A stretch of DNA of 61,986 bases from positions 2,190-64,175 of the forward strand of contig LCPF01000002.1 in NCBI GenBank assembly GCA_001003475.1, read 5' to 3'. The translations under genes and the position numbers were made by a program. The notes beneath the pieces are model-generated. The model was not told the origin of the DNA, searched no databases, and saw only the letters and a list, made by a program, of their open reading frames with translations. The stretch comes from Candidatus Jorgensenbacteria bacterium GW2011_GWA1_48_11 (GTDB taxonomy: Bacteria > Patescibacteriota > Minisyncoccia > UBA6257 > GWB1-50-10). Position 1 is the stretch's first letter; each line of letters starts with the position of its first letter. Below, in pieces: positions 46,781 to 56,089 of this stretch.

Positions 46781-48052
46781 ATGACTAGAAAGAGCTTAAA
46801 AATCTTTATTGCTTTTGCACTTTGTTTGATTTTTTTCGGTCTCAAAGGGGATCGCGTTTTTGCCCAGGTTGCCACCACCACGTCTAATCTGCAGGATTTG
46901 ATTACCCAAAAAAGCGTTCAGCTTCAGATACTGCAGGATCAGCGGGATCAGCTCGAGAGAACCATCCAGGCGACAAGCCAAACCGGTTCATCCCTTAAGA
47001 ACGAACTTAAACAAATGGATTACAACATCAGCCAGCTGAATTTATCCATTCAGGCCAATAAGATCACGCTCGATAAATTGAACCTGCAGATCGCGGCGGC
47101 CTCAAGCGATGTCCAAAACATCAATGGCGCGGTTCAGAACTCCAAGGATACGATCCGCCAGCTTTTTACCGAGTTGCAGCAGGCCGATCACGATAATCTT
47201 TTCACGATTTTTTTGAAGAATAAAAGCTTGAGCCAGAGTGTGGACGAAGCCCAATCTTTGGCGACTTTGAACAAGGCCTTGATCGATAATATTCAAAACC
47301 TCAAAAACTATCAGCTTCAGCTCTCCAAAAAAATTCAGGAACAGAAACAAATCCAGGTGCAAAAGCAGGTTGAGAACGTAAATTTGGCCAATCGCCAGAC
47401 TATTGTCCAGGAACAAAAAACGGAAAAACAGCAGATCCTTGCCCAAACTAAAGACCAGGAACAGCTTTATCGCGAACAGCTTCAGCAGGTAATCCAGCTG
47501 CAATTGTCCATTTCGAGCGAAGTGGAAAAGATCGAAGCCGAATTAAGAAAACACATTGACCCCAATCTGTTGCCCATTCCGCGGCCGGGCGTGCTGGCAA
47601 TCCCGGTCGAAGGCAATCTGACTCAAGGCTACGGCTACACTAAGTTCGCTAAAAACGGCTACCGCGGCCAATTCCATAACGGCGTTGATATCGGTGCGCC
47701 CATCGGTACGCCGATCGTGGCGCCTGAAGACGGCACCGTGATTGTGACCGGCAATCAGGATAATTATTGCCGCAAGGCCGCTTACGGCCGCTTTGTTGTA
47801 CTGAAACATCCCGATAATTTAACGACGCTTTACGGCCACCTTTCCCAAATAATCGTTAAAAAGGGGGACACCGTGAAGAAAGGCGACATAATCGGCTATG
47901 TCGGCCGGACCGGCTATGCCACAGGCCCGCATCTGCATTTTACGGTTTACGCCGGGCCGACTTTTTACATGGGCTTTTCGAGGGGCTGCGGGTCAATGCC
48001 TTACGGCGGCGATTTGGACCCCACGGATTATCTGGATATGACGCAATTGTGA
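46781..48052 (+). CDS. Coiled-coil M23 family peptidase (murein hydrolase or activator)
   Basis: Signal peptide, long coiled coil, HNGVD, YGHL, TGPHLHF; start taken at MTRKS. Confidence 0.9.
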   Translation: MTRKSLKIFIAFALCLIFFGLKGDRVFAQVATTTSNLQDLITQKSVQLQILQDQRDQLERTIQATSQTGSSLKNELKQMDYNISQLNLSIQANKITLDKLNLQIAAASSDVQNINGAVQNSKDTIRQLFTELQQADHDNLFTIFLKNKSLSQSVDEAQSLATLNKALIDNIQNLKNYQLQLSKKIQEQKQIQVQKQVENVNLANRQTIVQEQKTEKQQILAQTKDQEQLYREQLQQVIQLQLSISSEVEKIEAELRKHIDPNLLPIPRPGVLAIPVEGNLTQGYGYTKFAKNGYRGQFHNGVDIGAPIGTPIVAPEDGTVIVTGNQDNYCRKAAYGRFVVLKHPDNLTTLYGHLSQIIVKKGDTVKKGDIIGYVGRTGYATGPHLHFTVYAGPTFYMGFSRGCGSMPYGGDLDPTDYLDMTQL

Positions 48053-48118
48053 TAAAATATTATCTCATTTATGTCAATGTATAAGCTGGGCGGTTTTAAA
48101 AGTGTTATAATCAGTTCA

Positions 48119-48505
48119 ATGAAATATTGGCTTGCAGCGGTTTTGATTCTTGCTCCGGCAACTGGTTTTGCGGCGGTAAGCGATATTAATCTCAATCAAG
48201 TCCAAATTCCCGGTCCGGTTCAGGATTTATTCCAAACCTTCGGCCAGATCCACATTGACGTGGGCCAAAACCAAGCTGTCCAAAGTATCGGCCAAGGCAT
48301 CCAAGAAACCGTATCCCAGATAGGCCAAGACCCCCAAAATTGGCTTTCCCAACTCCAGAATTGGTGGGGGAGGCTTAACAGCTGGCTCCAGATCAATATC
48401 GGCGTCAGTTTCAGCCAGATCCTGACGGTCATCGCAAATCTCTTTATTTGGGTTTTCGAACTAATGATCAAGCTGATCAAATTGGCTTTGCCGAGTATCC
48501 AATAA
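48119..48505 (+). CDS. Hypothetical Gln-rich membrane or secreted protein
   Basis: Signal-like N-terminus, amphipathic C-terminus. Confidence 0.6.
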   Translation: MKYWLAAVLILAPATGFAAVSDINLNQVQIPGPVQDLFQTFGQIHIDVGQNQAVQSIGQGIQETVSQIGQDPQNWLSQLQNWWGRLNSWLQINIGVSFSQILTVIANLFIWVFELMIKLIKLALPSIQ

Positions 48506-48676
48506 TTTTCTTAGAAGTTCATTTTGCGATAGTTTACTGTTGCAAAATGAACGTTATGTTTTACGACTGAAATAAAAGCCTGTCAGGCATATATCTGTCG
48601 CAAAACATATATTGTGCGTCAGTAGAGATATCTGAAAAGCCCTCTTCCCCCTAGTTAATCTACTATATTGAATTCA

Positions 48677-50050
48677 ATGGTTCTTGGTAAAAGGATAGTC
48701 CATTTTATTGGCATTGGCGGCATTGGTATGAGCGCTCTGGCCCGCTATTTTTTAGCGAAAAATTGGCTTGTCAAGGGGTCGGACGTCTCCTCCAGTAGTT
48801 TGACTCAAAAGCTCATAAAAGAGGGCGTAAAGGTCAAAATAGGCCATAAAAAGGGTAATTTAAGGCCGAAAACGGCTCTAGTTATATACAATCAGGCTAT
48901 TCCCCCTTCAAACCCGGAAATCGTGGAAGCCCGTCGCCGGCATCTGAAAATTTTGTCTTATCCCGAGGCTTTGGGCGAGCTCACGAGAAAGTATGAAACC
49001 ATTGCCATTGCCGGTGCCCACGGTAAAAGCACGACAACATCCCTTATCTCGGTCGTGCTTCTCAAAGTCGGTTTTGATCCGACTGTCGTCGTGGGTACTT
49101 TGCTTAAGGAATTCGGCGACAGAAATTTCCGTTTCGGCCGAAGCCGCTGGCTTGTGATCGAAGCCGATGAATTCCATGCTTCGTTTTTGAATTACTCCCC
49201 CACTTACGCTCTCATCACCAATATTGACCGGGAGCATCTGGACTATTACAAGAATTTCGGGAATGTCAAAAAATCTTTTCTTAGATTTATCGCCAACGTC
49301 AAACGGAACGGCGTTTTGGTCTTGAACCGCGACAATAAGGAACTTTTCGGTTTGAAAAATAGGATCAAAAAAACAGCGAAGTGCAATTTCCTGAAAATTA
49401 TCTGGTATTCGCTCCGCGATTCCAAAAAATTGAATTCCAAGATCAAAGCGGTTTTAAAAATCCCGGGCGAACATAATTTATCCAATGCTTTGGGCGCTTA
49501 TACTCTGGCCCGGCATTTGGGGATTGAGGAAAAGGAAATTTTGAAAGCCCTGGGCAGCTATCGCGGCACCTGGAGGCGAATGGAATACAAGGGTTTGCTC
49601 AAGATCAGAAACTCAAAATTTAGGATTCCCGTTTACGACGATTACGCCCACCATCCCACGGAAATTAAAGCGACTCTTCAGGGTCTTCGGGAAAAATATC
49701 CCAGATCCAAGCTTGTTTGCGTGTTTCAACCGCATCAGGCTGAAAGACTGCGCTTGCTTTTCCGGGATTTTGTCCGGGCCTTTGATGAGGCCGATATTTT
49801 GGTGCTTTGTCCCGCCTACCGGGTGGCCGGCCGGGATAAAATTCATAAGGCCTATTCTTCGGAAATGCTGGCGAAGGCCATTGCTATTAGAAATTCGAAA
49901 TTAGGCCTTGAAAATTCCGTTGTCTATCTCTCCTCCCCCAAGCGTCTCAGGCAAATTCTAAATTCTAAATTCGAAACTCTAAATTCTGCCGTCATCGTCA
50001 TGATGGGCGCCGGCGATATTGTGAATTACACGAAACTTCTGTTATCCTAG
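48677..50050 (+). CDS. murC: UDP-N-acetylmuramate--L-alanine ligase
   Basis: HFIGIGGIGMSALA, GAHGKSTTT, EADE, EHLD, DDYAHHPTEI, FQPH, MGAG. Confidence 0.95.
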   Translation: MVLGKRIVHFIGIGGIGMSALARYFLAKNWLVKGSDVSSSSLTQKLIKEGVKVKIGHKKGNLRPKTALVIYNQAIPPSNPEIVEARRRHLKILSYPEALGELTRKYETIAIAGAHGKSTTTSLISVVLLKVGFDPTVVVGTLLKEFGDRNFRFGRSRWLVIEADEFHASFLNYSPTYALITNIDREHLDYYKNFGNVKKSFLRFIANVKRNGVLVLNRDNKELFGLKNRIKKTAKCNFLKIIWYSLRDSKKLNSKIKAVLKIPGEHNLSNALGAYTLARHLGIEEKEILKALGSYRGTWRRMEYKGLLKIRNSKFRIPVYDDYAHHPTEIKATLQGLREKYPRSKLVCVFQPHQAERLRLLFRDFVRAFDEADILVLCPAYRVAGRDKIHKAYSSEMLAKAIAIRNSKLGLENSVVYLSSPKRLRQILNSKFETLNSAVIVMMGAGDIVNYTKLLLS

Positions 50051-50061
50051 GTTTATTAAGA

Positions 50062-50826
50062 ATGAATAATTTCTCTTCGATCGAGCAATTTAAAGAACAA
50101 TGCGGCTATGAAATCGACGGTTTTTGGTATCCCCGGGTGACGAAGATAGTGGAGATCAAATCCAAGCCGGCACTGTACCGTTTTTACGCCAAAATGGAGA
50201 ATTATGCCGCGGCCCAGGCCATGACCAAGAAGTCCGCTTCCGAAGGCACCTTGATCCACGAAACCGTGGAAGGCATTTTGACCGGCGCAAAGCCGGAGAT
50301 TCCCCCCTCGATTGCGCCCTCGATCAAGGCGTTTATGGAATATATTTTAAGTAAGAATATCCACGTTGATCCGAATTTCGTCGAGAAGCGGCTCGTGAAT
50401 TACGAGCACCGCTATGCCGGCACCCTGGACGCCGTTGCCCTGATCGACGGCAAGATCGGTATTTTGGATATTAAGACTTCTCAGGAAATTTACCGCGATT
50501 ACAATCTGCAAACCTCGGCCTATATGGCGGCAATGAAGGATTTGGTGAAGGGGCTTGAAACGCGCTGGATTTTGCGGATCGATCAAAGCAAGTCCTGCAT
50601 CCACTGCGGTGCGCTTTTGCGGAGCAAGGGCGGCAAGGATCAGGTGAAAATCCAATGGGACAATCCTTTCATGCGGGCCTGCTCCCATGAGTGGGGACCT
50701 TTGGAAGGCCGGATAGAGCTCCAGGAATTCCCCTACTGGGAAGACGACTTTGCGGCATTTCTCGGCGCCAAAAAATTGTGGGAATGGGAGAACGTTGATT
50801 GGCTGAAAAAAATCGGCTATCTTTAA
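50062..50826 (+). CDS. PD-(D/E)XK nuclease family protein
   Basis: GTLIH, E, AGTLD, DIKTS, LQ.SAY motifs; CxxC insertion. Confidence 0.8.
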   Translation: MNNFSSIEQFKEQCGYEIDGFWYPRVTKIVEIKSKPALYRFYAKMENYAAAQAMTKKSASEGTLIHETVEGILTGAKPEIPPSIAPSIKAFMEYILSKNIHVDPNFVEKRLVNYEHRYAGTLDAVALIDGKIGILDIKTSQEIYRDYNLQTSAYMAAMKDLVKGLETRWILRIDQSKSCIHCGALLRSKGGKDQVKIQWDNPFMRACSHEWGPLEGRIELQEFPYWEDDFAAFLGAKKLWEWENVDWLKKIGYL

Positions 50827-50842
50827 TGAAAATAATGATTTT

Positions 50843-51238
50843 ATGGCCAAAGAAGATCTTCCAAATCCAGGGGAATTGAGTCCGGGTGAAAAGCAGATCA
50901 TTGATGCCAATTTTGAAACCCATCTTCTCGATGCCGATGTGGGCAATAGCTTGATGCCGGCATTAACTTTCGCTCGCGTGGGAATGCCCGAGAATATCAA
51001 TCCCCTTGAAACCTACGAAGAGTATCTCCGGGCAAAGGCGGCGGAATCCAAAAATCCCGATGCTTATTACGGTTACGTGATGGGCAAAAGCGATCCGGCC
51101 GTGGTGCAGGAATACAATGCCATGGTTCGGGTTTTTAACGAAGAACTTGAGGAAACCAAGCGAAAAAAAGACAGCCAAAGACTGCAAGAGGCCATTAAAA
51201 AGATGTTGGAGTTTCTAAGGACGGAAAGAAAACGATAA
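50843..51238 (+). CDS. Hypothetical helical protein
   Basis: 131-aa ORF co-oriented with the upstream gene. Confidence 0.6.
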   Translation: MAKEDLPNPGELSPGEKQIIDANFETHLLDADVGNSLMPALTFARVGMPENINPLETYEEYLRAKAAESKNPDAYYGYVMGKSDPAVVQEYNAMVRVFNEELEETKRKKDSQRLQEAIKKMLEFLRTERKR

Positions 51239-51271
51239 TTCACTCCCCTGCCGCTTCACCGTATTAAGGCC

Positions 51272-51312
51272 ATTGGAAGAGCTATTGCTCAATATGGCGT
51301 TGCTCTTCCAAT
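51272..51312. repeat. 41-bp hairpin repeat, copy 2
   Basis: ATTGGAAGAGC...GCTCTTCCAAT; inverted copy of 30161-30201. Confidence 0.85.
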
Positions 51313-51411
51313 GCTTTATTTATTTTTATGTTGACAAATATTGCAATTTAGTGCTATTTTATAGTCAGCATTCGGGCTTGACTCTCATTTGCAACCCCGA
51401 ACGGAGGCGTT

Positions 51412-51615
51412 ATGGGAAAGATGTTCCTGGTGGCGCTCGCGGTTCAGGAGGTCAGTGGTCAGGCTACGCCCTGGTGGGTTTACCCCGTCATCGCGGTGGT
51501 CTTCCTGCTCCTCGTCGGGTACGGGGTCTATCGGTCCTTGAACTGGCTGTTCTTCTTCCCCCGGCTCAGCAATGAGCCGGAAGAGGAATACGAGGAACCG
51601 CCCAGGGCCGCCTGA
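51412..51615 (+). CDS. Small membrane protein in a stand-alone cassette
   Basis: TTGACA at 51331, GGAGG SD, TM helix, downstream hairpin plus T-tract. Confidence 0.65.
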   Translation: MGKMFLVALAVQEVSGQATPWWVYPVIAVVFLLLVGYGVYRSLNWLFFFPRLSNEPEEEYEEPPRAA

Positions 51616-51709
51616 CCCTGCCGGCACGGTTTAATGCCCCGTCTCACGTGAGTGAGCGGGGCCGTTGTTTTTTACAATCCCTTATTTGGGAGGAACCGCA
51701 TACTCTAAA

Positions 51710-52674
51710 TCAGGCGTTTATAAACCAAACGCCGACGAATATTAATGCAATAGCCGAAAGCTTGAGGAGAAAAGTTGATTTCCGGATATCCTCCTTCACT
51801 ATGTAGGGAAACCACACGGAAAGGATCAGGCCATAAATAAGGGAGAAGAACGGCATAAAGCCGTTAAGGGCCGAGGCTAAAGCTACGGCCGGGGCGATGG
51901 CAATAGCGTAAAAACCCACGAGCCGGGCAAAAAGATATAGCGCCTCATTGGAAACCAATATGCTCCAGACGAAATTTTTGGCGGTTTTCGCTTCTTCAAC
52001 AAAATGTTTTCTGAATGTTGGAAAAAGAAGCAGGCCAAAAGCTCCGACCGTAGCCCCCAAGAATTCGTAGGCCATCGTATCCCAAAAACCCTGCTCCACG
52101 GAAACGAATTTGAAAATAACGGCCGGAATGGCCCAGAGAATGCTGGCCAGGATTATCCAGCCGAAAGACCGGCGGAAATTGAACATCCCCCTGCCTAATT
52201 TTTTGACCGAAATAAGATAAGCGCCGGCTACGACAAAACAAAAACCTATGAATTGCGAAGAATTCAATTTTTCGCCCAGCAGGAAAAACGATATTATGAA
52301 TACCAGGATATGAATTGCGAAGAATTCAATTTTTCGCCCAGCAGGAAAAACGATATTATGAATACCAGGATCGGGATCAGCTGGAAGACCGGCACGACCG
52401 TAGAAACGTCATCTAAGGAAATTGCCTTGAAATAAGGCAAGAGGGCCAGCTCCATGAATATTCCGGCAAGAATTATGAGAACGGTTTGGTTTATTTGATA
52501 GGTGGGAAAATGCCGCAATACGAGTATTACTAGGGCGAAAGGCAAGGCCACGAATCCGCCGATAATAGTCAAAGTAACGAAATTCTTAATATGCTTTTCG
52601 ATGATGAATTTATCGATGAAATTCGAAATCGCATATAAGGCCGATGCGGCGATGGCAACAAAAATCCAGGACAT
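51710..52674 (-). pseudogene. EamA/DMT transporter frameshifted by a 62-bp tandem duplication
   Basis: ORFs 52294-52674 and 51710-52267 together make one EamA protein; duplicated segment encodes ILVFIISFFLLGEKLNSSQFI. Confidence 0.8.
52248..52371. repeat. Perfect 62-bp tandem duplication
   Basis: ATGAATTGCGAAG...TACCAGGAT at 52248-52309 and 52310-52371. Confidence 0.9.
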
Positions 52675-52773
52675 AAGCCAATTTTATCACAAAAAATTTA
52701 ATTTCCCCGGCCGGCGCCGCTGGTATAAAAAGATGCGCCCCCAACCGGAGTTGGGGGCACGCGTGCGGATAGG

Positions 52774-53352
52774 TTAGGCGGGTTGGCTCTCCGGCTTGAT
52801 CTTCAGCCAGAACCTGCGAACCATGAAAAGAACGATCACGACGGTGAGAAGGGTCATGGATGCCGGGTAGAACCGTTCCTTGATCGACCAGTCCTTGGCG
52901 CCAGCCGTTGCGAGACTGTTGGTGACAAGGAAACTGATGTAGACGAGGAGGGGCTGTTCGCGGGGCCTTTTGTAGGCCTCGACTGCCTGCGGCATTCCGG
53001 CTATCACAACCGCAATAGTGCTCACGACTGTGGCCACTTTCGCCCCGAAAACAAGCCAAACGACTACACATACGGCCACCAGACAGACGATTGTCGTCTC
53101 GAACCAAGTCCACCTGAAATTCTTGGACTTGAGTATCGAGAGAGCTGTAATCCCGCTCCCCAGTGAATACGCCGCCGGGAGCAGGAAATTGCCGTCTTGA
53201 AAAACAATCGTTGCGGCAGCGATCCCGTCAAGAATGGCCCAGAGCGCCCAGGTGGCGAAGCTTTGCTTGACCTTGCCGGAAAGCACCTGGATGCACAGCG
53301 GCACGTATGCCGAGGTACCGATGATGCCCGCCGTCAGCGATAAAGCATTCAC
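52774..53352 (-). CDS. Multi-TM membrane protein (PQ-loop-like) in a stand-alone cassette
   Basis: Hydrophobic helices, ATWALW, MPQ..AYKRP.E; TTGACA-17-TATTAT at 53411-53439; GGAGG SD. Confidence 0.7.
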   Translation of the reverse strand: MNALSLTAGIIGTSAYVPLCIQVLSGKVKQSFATWALWAILDGIAAATIVFQDGNFLLPAAYSLGSGITALSILKSKNFRWTWFETTIVCLVAVCVVVWLVFGAKVATVVSTIAVVIAGMPQAVEAYKRPREQPLLVYISFLVTNSLATAGAKDWSIKERFYPASMTLLTVVIVLFMVRRFWLKIKPESQPA

Positions 53353-53527
53353 TTCCCACCTCCTTCCGTTTTCCGGTTGTTATCGGTTTTTCGAGCTTGG
53401 AACTATATTAATAATAGCATTCTTTATTCATTTTGTCAATAATCAATTGTTTCAATGCTGTCTTATAAAAATTCCGGCCTCGCCACTGGTGTGTGGCGAG
53501 GCCTCTTGATTCAGGAGTTGAAACTCC

Positions 53528-54304
53528 CTACCAGTCTTCTAATGCCTGTACGATGGCTCGAGCGTAGGCTTCGCGGACCCTCCAGTCGCGGATGCGCCAA
53601 AGGTCCGTTTGGTTATTGAAGTTGCCGAGCTCGATCAGCGCCTTTTCCCTGATTCGGTTTCCGGGGCCGAGAACGAACAGGCGCCGGATGCCGTGGTTTT
53701 GATCTCCGTTGTAGACGACGGGGTTGTCGTCTCGCAGACGTCTGGCATTCCCGAAAGAATTATCCAGAGCTCTGGCCAGGCGAAGCGCGGTGTCGGGAAC
53801 GATGATCCGCACGCCGCCGATCTCGCCATCCCGAAGCATGTCGAAATGGATCGAAATCCAGGCTTGCCGATGGTTGGGATACCGCCGGCCCACCCTGTTG
53901 CCGTAGCTGAGCCGCTTGCTGAGACCCGCGGTACCGGCCCGCACGACGCTCTGGTCGAGGGCGAATCTTTCGGTCCTGGCGTCCGGAAATACCCGCGAGG
54001 CGTTCCAGTTCCGCTCGCCCACGCCGCTCGTGAGCGTCATGAAGACGACCGCCTGCCTCGCCGTAGCGAGCCGACGGACGCGAAGCGCAACGTCGTAGAC
54101 GTAGTCGGATTCGGCTACTCTTTGTCCATTGTGAATGCGGGACGAGCCGGGATCTGTGCCGCCGTGGCCGGGATCCAAAACAACCACCCAACCATAGAGC
54201 GATCCCCTGTTGGGCGTGGATCGGGCACGCGTTTGAGCCTGTACAAGGGAGGTGGCAACTGCAAGCGCCACCAGAACGGAAACCGATCTGATAGGAACTT
54301 TCAT
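53528..54304 (-). CDS. Secreted N-acetylmuramoyl-L-alanine amidase (Amidase_3)
   Basis: Signal peptide, LDPGHGG, E, SIH, LIELG; own promoter at 54362-54390 and SD. Confidence 0.85.
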   Translation of the reverse strand: MKVPIRSVSVLVALAVATSLVQAQTRARSTPNRGSLYGWVVVLDPGHGGTDPGSSRIHNGQRVAESDYVYDVALRVRRLATARQAVVFMTLTSGVGERNWNASRVFPDARTERFALDQSVVRAGTAGLSKRLSYGNRVGRRYPNHRQAWISIHFDMLRDGEIGGVRIIVPDTALRLARALDNSFGNARRLRDDNPVVYNGDQNHGIRRLFVLGPGNRIREKALIELGNFNNQTDLWRIRDWRVREAYARAIVQALEDW

Positions 54305-54392
54305 CGCCGCCTCCGGCTATAGGTTGTGACTTCCAGGAGGATTTCCCGGAACGCTGTCAAGATATTGCATTAAAAATTATAATTTGTCAATA

Positions 54393-54423
54393 CAAAAGCA
54401 CCGCCTTTGAAGCGGTGCTTTTG
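54393..54423. terminator. Intrinsic terminator of the cold-shock gene
   Basis: CAAAAGCACCGC-CTTTGAA-GCGGTGCTTTTG. Confidence 0.75.
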
Positions 54424-54433
54424 CGAATCGATC

Positions 54434-54631
54434 TTAGGCGCGCGAGACGTTCGTGGCGCTCGGACCCTTTTCGGTCTGAACGACTTCGAAGGTCACGGCA
54501 TCTCCGACTTTAAGCTCGTCGTAGGTGACGCCTTTCAATTCTTTGGAATGAAAGAAGAGGTCCTTTGCTTCGCCTTCGCGGGCAATGAAACCATATCCTT
54601 TTTCCGTAAGAGTCTTGATAGTACCTGTCAT
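54434..54631 (-). CDS. csp: Cold-shock protein
   Basis: KGYGFI (RNP1), LFFH (RNP2), KGPSATNV; promoter TTGACT-17-TATGCT at 54676-54704. Confidence 0.95.
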   Translation of the reverse strand: MTGTIKTLTEKGYGFIAREGEAKDLFFHSKELKGVTYDELKVGDAVTFEVVQTEKGPSATNVSRA

Positions 54632-54820
54632 TGTTTTGCTTGTTTACGAGAAATACGACCACATTTCTTGATACCAGCATAGCACGTAATCGAAAATAAG
54701 TCAAAAGACGGATATTTTAAACCTATAGATATTGACAAATCCACATTTATGTATTAGAAATATATAAGTTCCGTCTTAACCTGGTTTTGTCGCGTCCCCA
54801 CTGTCTAGAGGAGGTGTCCT

Positions 54821-55255
54821 GTGTTTCAGTCGTTGAGGTTCCTGGGTTGGACGCTGATCACGGTTTTCCTCGCTCTCACTGGCTTGATCGCCGGGGAGCG
54901 GATCAGCACTCGCTTCGCCATCGTGGCGACCATGCTCTGCTTCGTGTTCGCCTTCATCACCGCGGTCCGGTCAAGCGAGCTCTACCGCTCGTTCGACGAG
55001 GCGCAGAAGGAGAACCTGAAACAGATCATCGCGGTCCCGCTCTGGCTCGGCCTGGGCGTCATCGCGAACCTGGTGGTCCGCGATGCCAGCCTCCTCATCA
55101 TGGGCGCCACCATCATGGCGGCCCTGATCTACGGGGTCGTCGGCGGGCTGACCACGGGCATCTGCGTCGTGGCGGCCATCCGGGGATTCAAGGGGGCCAT
55201 CGCGGGAACGCGCGAGACCCGCAGTAGTGAGACCAGGTTCGTGCCGGCCGCTTGA
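54821..55255 (+). CDS. GC-rich membrane protein in a stand-alone cassette
   Basis: TTGACA at 54732, GAGGAGG SD, 4 TM segments, downstream hairpin. Confidence 0.65.
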   Translation: MFQSLRFLGWTLITVFLALTGLIAGERISTRFAIVATMLCFVFAFITAVRSSELYRSFDEAQKENLKQIIAVPLWLGLGVIANLVVRDASLLIMGATIMAALIYGVVGGLTTGICVVAAIRGFKGAIAGTRETRSSETRFVPAA

Positions 55256-55393
55256 AGCTTCCGGCACCAGCGCAACGCCTCGCTCGGCTTAAAAACCCAG
55301 CGAGGCGTTCCCACATTAGAGCACAATTTTTTAACTATGATATCGTACGATCGTCGAATATAATAGCTGATGTTTTCTGACGTCGAAAATCTT

Positions 55394-56005
55394 TTATTTT
55401 TTCCACCGGGTAGTTTTGGTCGCTTGGATCTCGATCTTGTCCGCCGGTCTCAAGCCGCGGATCATTCCCCTGTCCAAAATTTTGTGATGCTTGCTTTTGG
55501 CCAAAGCGTTATCAATGTATTTAATGCTCTTTTTGGAAGTCAGCCAGTCTTCGCCGAATTTTCTCAAATCAATCGGTTCGGAGTAGCCGCGCATGGTTTT
55601 TTCGCCGTCGTTCAGGAAATATTCATGGAAATAGGACAGGGCCAATTCGCGGACACTCTTGTAGATCGGCTCGCGGTAGCGCAAAACCGGGTGGTTGGTC
55701 TTCGAGATGGCGCCCCAGCGGCCATTTTTCCTGAATAAGGCCAGAACGTGGTCATAATCGTGGGCCACGGTCTCAAGGACGAAAACCAGGGGTTTTTGGT
55801 CGTGATACCAAAGGATAGCTGCGGCCAAGACCGCTCCCTCGATGCAATAAGATTTATTGCGTTTCAGGACCATCAGGGGCGAACGGTAGGTTATTTTGAA
55901 ATTCATCGGCATTACGCCTATGAAGTCCTGAATTTTGGCCGGCGAATTTAATTTCGAAAACCTTTTAAATTCCGGCCAGGAAAAAACCTTCGGTCTTTTA
56001 AGCAT
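55394..56005 (-). CDS. Transglutaminase-like hypothetical protein
   Basis: YCIEGA (Cys), DHVLALF (His), GAISKTNH; TATAAT 6 nt upstream of ATG. Confidence 0.7.
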   Translation of the reverse strand: MLKRPKVFSWPEFKRFSKLNSPAKIQDFIGVMPMNFKITYRSPLMVLKRNKSYCIEGAVLAAAILWYHDQKPLVFVLETVAHDYDHVLALFRKNGRWGAISKTNHPVLRYREPIYKSVRELALSYFHEYFLNDGEKTMRGYSEPIDLRKFGEDWLTSKKSIKYIDNALAKSKHHKILDRGMIRGLRPADKIEIQATKTTRWKK

Positions 56006-56089
56006 AGTCAAATTATAGCCAAAAAGACTGGTTTTGACCCTAAGTCTTCTGGTTTTAAAACCCTGAAATTTGTTCTAAACTGGGAAATA

